This document shows, piece after piece, positions 13,701 to 24,405 of a stretch of DNA of 64,000 bases. How positions within the stretch are numbered: the stretch's first letter is position 1; each line of letters begins with the position of its first letter. The notes under the pieces are model-generated. The model made no database searches. It saw only the letters and a list, made by a program, of their open reading frames with translations, and was not told the DNA's origin. The position numbers and the translations under genes were made by a program. The stretch is taken from positions 3,100,001 through 3,164,000 of the forward strand of contig CM102285.1 in NCBI GenBank assembly GCA_046563655.1. Reading direction: 5' to 3'. The stretch is from Yuukianura sp. NJ FZ-2021 (Eukaryota).

Positions 13701-16023
13701 ACTTTTAGCATTATTTATGATTGTATTCGGTAAAGGCTACTAGCAGTACCAGCAGCTTATTCAAAGAAAGGGCGAAATATCAACACAGGCTATGAATTTG
13801 CTTTTGAATGGCACTCGAATTGACGTCAGCGTCCATTGACACTGTCGTGACAGGTTGCACATTCAAGGTCATGATATTTTTTTTATAGTTTTTTCAAACG
13901 TCATTGCTTGTACACATAAATAATAGTTAATGTCAATTAGTTAAAATGTTATTCAAAATTATGATTGGAGTGACTTTTTTGTATGTCAGGTGAATTGAAT
14001 GGAGACGCTGTGGCGGTGAAAGTTGCAAAGAAAGAACACTACGGAGAAGTTATGAAGGAAATGGAAACAATGGCTGCTTTTAACCATCCCAACATTTTGA
14101 AACTACTAGGGATCGTGTCCACCGACGGTATAGTTACTTTCACTTTTCTTTATTGAAATGGTACAACCACACATTAGGTTTAGTTCTTTTCTATTGAAAG
14201 GCGTGGCAGGTTGTCACTAATATGATAAATGCCGCTCTAACTACAAATAGGTTTTCATTGTCTCCCTAAATATAATTTCTTCTGGGCCACAAAAAACCTT
14301 AACAGGAGAAAGCAGTAAGCAATTCCCAAAAAAGAATGCAATCAATTTGAACAGATTCGTTTCGAAAAAAAAAATGAAAATTGAAAAAGTGGAAGAGATA
14401 AGTATTTGTAAAATTCGAAAATCGATGTTGACGTGTGTGAAATATTGACAGGGCGTCACAACAATTAGAATTTTAACGAAAATTAACAATTGCTTATGAA
14501 CTTAGAGCCCGATGCTCCTTGGCTTCTGTTTGAATTTATGGAATTTGGAGACTTGGCTACTCTACTGAGAAGTTCATCACCGCATTCACAGCGACCACAA
14601 GAAACTAACAGTCGTCAGGTTCGCAAGGTACGTCGAACGAAACAAAGTTATATATTTATGTAATAATATATATATATATACTAAAATTTGTAACAGTAGC
14701 ACATGTATGTAGGTGCAAAAAGTAAATGCAGCAACGGGTTAGCAATAGCATAACATGTATGTCTTATTTTAGGAAGAACTGGTCAACATGGCGTCTCAAA
14801 TTGCAGATGGTATGAGTTATTTGGCTTCCCAACATTTTGTTCACCGTGATCTCGCAGCCAGAAACTGCCTTGTTGGCAGCAATTCTATAGTCAAGATTTC
14901 CGATTTTGGACTGTCACGTGATGTGTACACATGCGACTATTACAAAGTGCGTATATCTTGATGATATTTAATATAACAATTAATTTGTATTATAAATTAA
15001 CTAAACTGAAATTTGAAATTAAGTCCTGCGTACTACCAAATGTGCCTTGAAATTAACTTTAAATATTTGTATTTTTGAAGCTTGGCGGCAGTCGTCTCCT
15101 ACCAGTACGATGGATGGCACCAGAGAGCATACTTTATGGTCGATTTACCTTGGAATCTGACATTTGGGCATACGGTGTCCTACTTTGGGAAATGTATACA
15201 TGGGCCAAGCAACCCTTCTATGGTCACTCCAACCAAGAGGTAAGCTCGTTCTAGCACTGCAATACCATCTCTATCAAGGTTTTTTAAATTTGATTTTCCA
15301 AGGTTGGGTAATACCTCATGTTTTTCCGATTTTACAAGAAAAGTGTCTTTCCATTTCAGAGCATCGTAGTCATAAACAATACAGCCAAATGTTTTAAGTT
15401 TTGCATACGAATTTTGGTATCAGTGTTTCGGATTGGTACCAATTCGTACTAACTTTTTCTTTCATTTTTTTGCCAACAAGCGAGGTAGTAGTCAACCTGT
15501 TAAAGAAAATCAACTTTTGTCAAAGAAGCTTGATCATGATCTCCATCATTTTCAAATTCAAATAAGAGCGGGCACTCAGCCTAAATGGGGACGACCGTTA
15601 TGCAACAATGTCGTGATTCAAACTTCTTTATATTTGGTAGGTTGTGGAACTAATTTTGGAGGGAGTCCTTCTGTCTCCACCATCCGTAACACCACCAACA
15701 ATTGCCGCCATAATGGCCGGTTGCTGGAAGTCTGAACCAAAAGATCGGCTTACGTTTACACAAATTTCGGCAATCCTTAAACACCCACGCAAGGTTCGCA
15801 ATTTTCAAACCTCTAGGACATAGAAAATATTTCCCGTTTCTCTTTGCTTTTGTTTTCTTAGAAATGTTCTGGCTCAGCTTATTTTATGTAGATTATTTAG
15901 ATTCTATTAATTATTTGACAGGAGGTAGATGATGACGATGAGGCACGGTACGAAATGCCAATCAGCGCCAAATCATTGGAGGCAGCGGGAAATTCAAGTA
16001 AGCGGAACGCAACGGGAAGTTGA
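10737..16023 (+). CDS. Trk/Ror/MuSK-superfamily receptor tyrosine kinase with short EGF-like ectodomain (Trk-like); 5' end uncertain
   Basis: Phase-consistent exons: 11279-11437 (6-Cys module), 11560-11639, 12836-13039 ([25 protein letters not shown]), 13127-13301 (GQGCFGKV), 13990-14126 (VAVK), 14506-14627, 14773-14946 ([23 protein letters not shown]), 15081-15239 ([10 protein letters not shown]), ~15641-15793, 15922-16023 (stop). Putative upstream exons 10737-10776 and 10981-11010. Confidence 0.88.
11662..12711. mobile_element. Foldback/MITE-like palindromic element within an RTK intron
   Basis: Imperfect ~55-bp terminal inverted repeats (CACTGGATAAGTTGTTATT... / ...AATAACAACCTATCCACTG) with TA on the left. 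An inner inverted repeat at ~11840-12548 is built of three ~125-130 bp subunits per arm. Confidence 0.8.
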
Positions 16024-16499
16024 GCTGTATGTCAAGAATGAATTTGAAGTACTAACTTTGAGGCAGGCGTAGAAATCCACCAAACGTTACTAGATATACA
16101 AAAGGTGGCTGTACACGAAAACGAACATGGAATACTTAAGTTCACGAATGGATAATTACAAAATAGCAACGCATGTCGTCATTAGAATTGTGTTTGCTGA
16201 GTATATACAAACATAACATATTCTTTATTAGCTAGTGTTTTTATTATAAAAAAAATTAATTTACACTGGACTTGTTGGATTTTTGTATTAACTCAGGCTT
16301 CTTCTAACTTCTTCTAAAAACGTATTTGTTGCGATTCCGAGCTGGCGGGAATAAATACGCAACTAGTTTTCCCGAACTTACGGCCGTCTACACAACAAAA
16401 AACAAATGGAGCGTTCGAATTAAACTGTAGTTTGTTTAATGAGTGAGGTAAAGTGTAGCGGGGTTCACAAAGCAAACCAGGCTTTCTCGATTTTTCTGA

Positions 16500-18074
16500 A
16501 TTCGAATCTTCAATTCGAATTCAGTAAGGCAGAAAAATCAATTGTAGTACTCTTTAGCTGGGATGAGTATACATCTACACGTTAGTGTATGGTGTACTAC
16601 TATCATATTTGCCAAGCGGGCTAGATCTTACCTGGTTTTTGAATTATTCGCTCCGCGACATCACGACATGCTACTCTTGCTGTTCCTTCGTCTAAACTCA
16701 TCAGGAAGCCACTAGGTTTCAAACACAATATTTTAATAATTAATTTAACCTCATACAATGGACGTTTGGAGTTTTTCATTTACATGGACGTCGTCACATC
16801 AATGGGTGAAACCACTTCCAACGGGTTACGAGCACCACTCGTCAAAACTAAGTTCTAAAACATAAAGAGGAAATAAAATCTCAATCAGACCAATGCAAAG
16901 GAGCCTAGACCTTACCTAATAGCATTTAATACTTTGTAGCATCACTATACCTTGGTTCGTCTCACGCAAATGTCTTCAATAAGGGTATTAGCAGTATAGA
17001 GAAGGTTTTCTAGCGCGATATCGCCATGCTTGGCTGAAGCGTAAGTGAGTTCGAAGAATACTTCCTTTCCTGCCGCTAAATCTCCTTTCTGGCGATTGAA
17101 TTTGAGCTTCTGAATCCAGTGAGGTCCTGCATAGTCAAAACTAATGATGTCGAAGATCTGGGAAGATGTAAGAGATGCCTGAAAATTTCAGAGTTTTTTA
17201 GTATAGGTTTTGCGTCCGACTTTGGCTTAGCGAAGCTTTTTAGGTAGAATAGGCACAATAAATCATAAGAGTGACATTTTTTAATTAAATACGTTTAGCT
17301 AAATAATTTAATACGTAAAACCAGGCGGGTGTACGCTTTACCAGGAGGGCTTCGTTATTTGTTGGTAAAATGGCAATGATATCGAACAGCTTCGTCTTAG
17401 GTTGAGCAAGCTGTAATAGACGAACAAGCACTTATTTCATACTCAGTATCAACCTTCTCAATAAAAATTTTCCGGGAAATTGTTTTTCGTGACCTACCGC
17501 CTCTTGGAGTTGTTGCATATTACTGAAAATCAGGGTAATGCGCTGCAGTAAACGGACTCGGGGATGATCTGCGACGATTTGTTTGATCCATGCTAAACGC
17601 GGAGGTTCTGGCAGTCCATGTGCAGCAGATTCTGCGATGGAAACAGGAGTATCGTCGTTTCCAGATTTCCGCTTCCGTCCTCCCTTGTTACCGGAAATGT
17701 GTCCATTGTTGGTAACAATAAATGGCGTGTTAATTGCTAATGTCATGAATCCCACTGAAAATAAGTCCAGTTCAAAGGTGATAGTCGGAATCGGTAACAT
17801 GGTTTTCCCTGTTTAGAACTTAGAACGTAGCCAGGTATGGAGTTACCGGTGGCGAGATATACTAGCCTCACATCAGAAGCCTTTTCATAATTTCAGATGC
17901 TATTTCTCCAAGTTCCATGATTCCATGCCCATAGACATTTGACATTGGATGAGTACAGACGCAGAGTACAGCACTGTAATTTTGCAACTTACGTTTAATT
18001 GCAGCACGAGTAACAGCTTCACATTGTGGACCAATCGGTATATTGAGATCCGAGTATCCAACAGCCCTCTTCAT
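16500..18074 (-). pseudogene. Possible decayed multi-exon gene of unknown family
   Basis: Protein-like minus-strand segments (e.g. GGRKRKSGNDD...LRRLILSMK*VLVRLLQ, FELTYASAKHGDIALENLLY, VGFLMSLDEGTARVACRDVAERIIQKP) are bounded by plausible GT/AG sites but interrupted by stops and frame changes. Confidence 0.3.
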
Positions 18075-18662
18075 AATTATTTCTTATAATTCATAAATTG
18101 CCAATTACTTCCATAAAGAAATTTTTAGTTAGCTTTGTTTATCGGTATCGGTGTACTACTCGCACACACGTGCTTATTTCGATTAAACTAATCCGCTGAT
18201 TACACATACGCGATACGCATAATCAGAGGGGTTAACGAATCCACAGATTTCACATACATGACAGCTAAGCTGCGCAACAAGGAAGCATTCCCTTTCTTCT
18301 CGTGATGCATGGGTATATTTTGAAAATTGAAAAAATATGATGAACTTATTTCATTACTATATTAAATGTAATGCAAAATAAATTGGACGGAATACGTAAA
18401 ACGTAATAAATGAGATCGCAACACGGGACGATCCCATTAGAAGTGATCGCCTAACTTCAACCACTGAGTTCGCGAATCGCCTATGTCTGAGGAATCGTCA
18501 CTCAGCATCCGAGGTTTTTCTATTCCTATTCAATTCACACAAAAAATTAGTAAACTAGATAAACAATTTCTTCATCAATTACTGCTGAGCTGAGTATTAG
18601 CCAATATAAGTTAATTAAAGTTGTGTTTCATCGTCGTCGTTCCATTGTGAGTCTTTGTAAAG

Positions 18663-21600
18663 ATGGACTCCGAGGAGCTGGAAATGTGCTGGCGGAATCA
18701 TAATCAGACACTCCCACCACTGTTTGACTTCCTGCTTTCCAGTAACACATTCGTTGACGTCACATTGGCTTGTGATGGAAAGCAGCTACATGCCCACAGA
18801 CTTGTTCTTGCAGCATGCAGCGATTATTTACAGGTTTTAATATAATATTTACTATGTAGTTGTATGGCTCACACTCACACCTCAATTAAACTAACTGAAC
18901 TGAAAGTCGATTCGTTGACCCCATTCTAAATTCTCAATCTTTAGGAACTCTTACTTGACAATAAGAATCCTCATCCAATTATCTACCTGAAGGATGTCAA
19001 GTATTCGCATATGACGGCTCTTCTGTCACACATGTACCGTGGCCAGTTCAGAATTCCCAAAGAAGAACTTCCTGAACTGATACGAGTCGCAGAAGGGCTC
19101 AAAATACGAGGAATTCAAGAAATGGTAGACACGTCGTTTTTAGATGCACCCAACATCAATGCTACATCGACACTCCCTCTTCCAAACAATTCCGACCAGA
19201 ATCCGGGGAGTTCGTCCGCTCCATTAACGCTAGGCGATGGGGCAGATGAGATTCCACTCTTATTTTACACTGAGCTGCTGCAAAATTCTGATATGCATGA
19301 ACTTCTCGCTGGCAAAATCACTCAGTGCCTGGATTCTAAAAACGCAAGTAAGCCAAGCTTATCTTTTGAATTTTACGTAGTCAGTCGAGAGTGTAATTCA
19401 CGTTGCGCTAGCTCCTGGTCTGATCATGTAACTTTCTTTAGCAGCTCAAGGCGACGAGGTGGTAAAAGCTGTGAGTTCAATTGCGGAAAAGGAAATTGTC
19501 GACGCTTTCTTCAAGGACTTTTTTGAAATTGAGTTGGGAGAAGTGCAACCATCAGTTGAAAGTAATACAAATGTGCAATGTCAATTTTCTCCTCGTGCTA
19601 ATCAAACCAATCCGCAACCCAATACACCGATGATGACTCCACCTTCGCACCATGAATCAGAAACTGTACTGCTTGTAGCGAACGAAGATACGAATTTAGA
19701 GGAAACTTGCAGTACTATTCCTCTAATGACGACGGGGGACGTAGAAACAGTTTCTGTTGCTACAGAAGTGGTTTCACCTCCGGAGCCAAGCTCAGGCACA
19801 CAGAAGATTCCACACTCTCCGACTGCCACAGCATCAACGAAAAGAATGGTGAGATAATTTCTATTATTTCGTTCTTATTTCTTTAATCTTACATTGTACC
19901 TTGTCTATAGCGGACGGTATTTACTGTTTTGTACGATGACACGAAGAGCGAGGAGGGTGGTGCTGAAGTGAAGCATAGCATGAGGTCAACACCATTTCAG
20001 ACTTTGAAAAGGAAAAGAACACCGAGCGAAGCTATGAAAAACTACAAAAAACCGTGGCTAGTATCTTCTATAAAAAATGAAACTTACCCAATTGTCATCG
20101 ATACGGATACCTGGGCTAGTGTGGGGCGAAGATCTATCAGCCCGAAGTTTATTGATACTGAAATCGCAGCAGATAAAGGACTCCAGTTGTTGACAAAACC
20201 AAACGTCGGCATTGAGCGGGCGACGGTTTTAGCACGTAACTTCAAGGCGGACGTGGGGAATGAGTGTTCAACGTTTTTCACGGGTAACTCCAAGCCCGAC
20301 GACATCGGCATGGAGCGTTCAACGGTTATAGCAACTACCTTCAAGCCTAACGTCGAAAACCAACGTTCAGATACAACCGTTGTAATAAGTAACTCCAATT
20401 TTACCTCGACAAGTGAGACGACTCCTGTTCTTGCGGTGTCAAATACTAGTACCACGGAATTTTTAAACACGAGCAACACCAAACCTCTAGACATGGCCTC
20501 CAACACTTTTGGTCTACTTTCATTGACAGATTCAGAAAATCCTTTACCTGCTTCTGCAATGAAATCTCCACTTATCACACAAACACCTTCGTTTTCCCCA
20601 CCCTCACTGACGACGCCTCTGAAGAACAGTCAGAGTAGTGTCACTGGCACAAACAAATGCGAAGAACCATTACCTCCTACTACACCTCCAACATCCACTG
20701 GGAAACTGTCGACATCTCGTCGTCGATGTTTGAGTCGTATTTTAATTAACAAGGTACACACTATGCTGGAGGCCGAGGATAACCCATCGACATCCACGAC
20801 GGAATTACATGTCACTCCGACGGCACTGACGTCCTTAGAAAAATCAACGACCGACGAAAGTTTAAGAGTATCACGAAGAAAAAGTTACAGTACTCCACGC
20901 AAACGTTCTCAACACGTCAGGAACTTGTGTTTCAAAACTCCACCTAGTGCTCGAGATACTGGCAACAGTAATTCCACTCATCAGTTACCAGCATTTCAGG
21001 AGAGGCGGAGTAACAGAGAGCTGGACTTTGGAATGCCAAACATTTCCAGCACACCTATCTTGAAAACAATCCCGGAGACTAGTTTTGAGGTTGAGGTGAC
21101 TCCATATTCGTTCGAGAAGTCAAGCGTCTCATCTCCGGTAAAACAAAATCTTTGGGTTCCTCCCGCGACTCCGAGAATTTTATCACCGAAAACTCGTCAG
21201 CGACTATTTGGGTCCCCTCTCTTGCAACGTCCTCCGATACAAAAATCATCTGCTGAGCCTGCGCGTGATCCGAGCTACATCAACACACTGCGGAGACTTC
21301 TTGGGAGTCCGCTTGCACCAGGAGTATTGCCAAGTACGCCTGGAAGAACGAAAACCCCTGCCGACATTCAGTTGGATAATTCTAGGTAAAACTTGAATTT
21401 GAAGTTCGTTTCAACGGAACTACTAATCGTGAAATCATCCAACTAATTTTTACTCAAATTTTTTAAATTCTAGCGGAGAAACGACGCTGGACCCGAAGCC
21501 GATGCCTATTCCGGATGCTTTAGCTTTCCCAAAGCCGATACCAAAGCTTAATTTGGATGTTTCGCCGAAGCCAATGCCCAATCTGGATGCCTTCCCGAAG

Positions 21601-21918
21601 CCAACGCCATTGTCTACGTTTGACTCTTTTCAGAAGCCGAAACCAATGCCTCTTCCTAAGCTGAAACCAATGCCTTCGTTGGCTCCTCTTGCTAGGCCGA
21701 GGTTGGGTCCTCTCCCGAACTTAATTCCGAAGTCAGACACTCGTCCACACACCTTGTTTCGAAGAGGTTCCCGACAAAAGTTAATATCAGCATCGTCAAG
21801 AACAACTTTAGTTTCATTTGACTCTACTTTAAGAAGAAAGCCGAGTTCCGACGCAGAAGCAAAGACACTTGATGCTCCATCTTCACAAGTCCGCACTTCT
21901 TTCAAAAATGAAGATTGA
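18663..21918 (+). CDS. BTB/POZ (Tramtrack/bric-a-brac type) protein with long S/T/P-rich tail, no visible zinc finger
   Basis: Exon 18663-18833 CWRNHN...FVDVTLACDGKQLHAHRLVLAACSDY; exon from 18945 HPIIYLKDV...LLSHMYRG...LIRVAEGLKIRG; further exons ~19444-19850, 19911-21384 and 21474-21918. Confidence 0.85.
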
Positions 21919-23026
21919 TGCGGTGTAGTCTTCATCTGGTTTCTGGTTTGGGTTTAAGCTAAAACCGAATCATACGTGTAACTTACTTGTATATATTACT
22001 TATTTAGCTTGTATTAATTTCTTACATTAGATTAATAAGTACTGTAATGTGTGTACGGACACGGAGTCTTCAATTATTTGTGTAGTGTATATACCGCTCT
22101 TCTTTTCACGTACTCGGCGCGGTTTTGGTTTTGTTGTTATGTTTGTATATGATGATGGTTAATTTTTGTCAGGATAGATTTTACGGAGGGGCTTTTTAGA
22201 TTAGATTTACCTTAGATTTCTTATTAATTTAGGAACGAAAGTGTACGTGTTATATTGCTTTAGTAAAAAGTTTGACCGGACAAAATATCGACTCCACACT
22301 CCAGACGTCCAGACTAACAAGGAGTGATATGATGATGATGAGGATGACGCATCATCATCACATGCCCATAGGAATCGTTTTACTTCGGTTGCAAAGCGTT
22401 CCATGAGAAACAGTTTAAAGTTTAATAATGCTTTTGCTTTTCCTGAACAACTTGAAGCATTTTTGCATACCTTTTACGAAATGTTAACTTTGGTAACCTA
22501 AATTTGAGAAATTAAAATGCACTTAAATCCCTCGTCATGCTGTCATTGATTGACATAGACGGAATTGTGCGCTTTAATAATAAAGCTGTTTACCACAATT
22601 GTCTGCTCTTCGTGTTCCGTTAAAAAAAAGTCATGTTTAGAAGGAGGTCATTTGAAAGTTAATCCTACGTGGACGTCTACATAGGCTTTGGCTTTTGTGT
22701 GTTTTTCTTTAGAAGGCAAATTATATTGGAAGGGAGAATAAAATCATTATTTTTCAGATTCATGAACGCTAGGCACGAAAATTATGAGGGTAAAAATGGC
22801 ACAGAACAATAAATTTAATACATGAAGTGCGTACAAATATGTTGCAAAGTAAAGTTGAAATAAATGTGTTACTTCTCAAGTCAACAAATTTTTGAATGTT
22901 GGGGTTCATATTTTCAGACTTATAGAAATATACTTACCGTATTACAGAAACAAGCCCGCGTTGCATTCGTTACTATTAGGAGCGTTGATTTAAGATATGT
23001 AGTTTCATTTTCACATTGTTTGTGGA

Positions 23027-23290
23027 TATGTTGTGGCTATGTTGTGACTATGTTGTGGCTACGTTTTGACTGTTGTGACTGTTGTGGCTATGTTGTAACT
23101 ATGTTGTGGCTACGTTTTGACTATGTTGTGACTGTTGTGGCTATGTTGTGGCTATGTTGTGACTATGTTGTGGCTATGTTGTGGCTATGTTGCGGCTATG
23201 TTGTGGCTATGTTGTGACTATATTGTGGCTATGTTGTGACTATGTTGTGACTATGTTGTGGCTATGTGGTGACTATGTTGTGACTATGTT
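23027..23290. repeat. 11-bp minisatellite (G[G/A]CTATGTTGT)n
   Basis: Roughly two dozen near-perfect tandem copies are directly visible. Confidence 0.95.
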
Positions 23291-24069
23291 TGAAAATTTT
23301 ATAAAGAAAAATTATGCCAACACTACATGGACACTTGGTAAACGATTTGTGCATGACAAATAGTATAAAATTTGCAAAAATGCCACTTTTTTGGCATAAT
23401 CATAGAATATTTTGCTGAATATTTTTTATATTTTTTTTCAAGAAATATGTTTTTTAAAAGGTAAAAATATGTAATATGTAAGAAAATATGTTTTGCGCCT
23501 CTGTGTATTAATCGAGCAAGACTTTCTATTACTAGGACTGCTAACACGGGAGAATGAAGAAGCTGATTTTGCATTATATTTTAACCAAAAAACTTACCTG
23601 ATACTTTTGAACAATCACCCGTAGTTTGAATATCATCTAATCATATAAAATAAATAAAATAAATAATAAAATAAAAAATAATCATCTAAATTGAATAAAC
23701 AAATTGAAATGTTAAGGACGATACTTACTAAAATTTTCACTTCTGGAAATACACAAACAGAAAGTTTTGAGAACCACTTTTAAACACGCTGTTCAAGTTG
23801 TCTTGAAGCGTTTGTTTTTAGTTGCCCGATTTACTTTTAAGTTGCATTTTAGAACATATACGAATTGGTCTGCTATTCCCCTCATATGGTTGTAAATACC
23901 CTCGAAGAATAGGCACTTTCGGCTTCATATCGTCACAAAGACGACTACGTTAGCAACAACAAGTGGTTGTTTTGGTTTTGGTTATGTTTTTCTGCAGTTC
24001 TGGATCTGGTCTCAGATGCAGTATTTTCCTCCATGGAAATAATACGTAAATTTTTAACAGCTCTTTTTT

Positions 24070-24377
24070 TCAGTCGTTGGTGTTATTCATCTTAATTTTT
24101 TCACTGCTGTAATTATTTTACAAATTATATTTTATAAATCCTGTTTAAAGAAGTAAGCTACAGCGAAGCGTCAAACTTGTGCTATTTAGTATAAATCAAT
24201 GTCGTTGTGCTTTTTTTTTTAATTTTGACAGTACATTAGATTACTGCGCATGCATGGTTTGGATTTGGAAAACGCTTTTTAAAAACAACTTTACAAATAA
24301 TATCACTCAAAGTTGTCTTAATAAGTATAACATGGCTTCTGGATTGCGGTTATGATTAATATTTGTTTTTTTAACAG
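24070..24377 (+). promoter_or_regulatory. Putative Inr and 5'-UTR intron of the RdRP gene
   Basis: TCAGTC at 24070-24075, GTAAGC donor at 24153, and a T-rich tract plus ACAG acceptor ending 24377, 28 nt before the ATG. Confidence 0.45.
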
Positions 24378-24405
24378 TATTGGCTGATTATCTAACCAAC
24401 CGGAA

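Noticed and set aside
20084-20578. Antisense ORFs over long exons (also 4065-4903, 26485-26817, 50927-51238, 60215-60772)
   Set aside because: Shadow ORFs of real coding exons with no independent motifs.
22207-22500. Minus-strand coding-like fragment MERFATEVKRFLWAC...
   Set aside because: An in-frame stop upstream, no recognisable domain, and no gene model could be built.
23027-23290. Possible CRISPR-like array
   Set aside because: Head-to-tail repeats with no unique spacers, eukaryotic context and no cas genes.
22864-23363. ORFs with repeating CCGYVVTMLWL
   Set aside because: Translation of the 11-bp minisatellite, not a credible protein.
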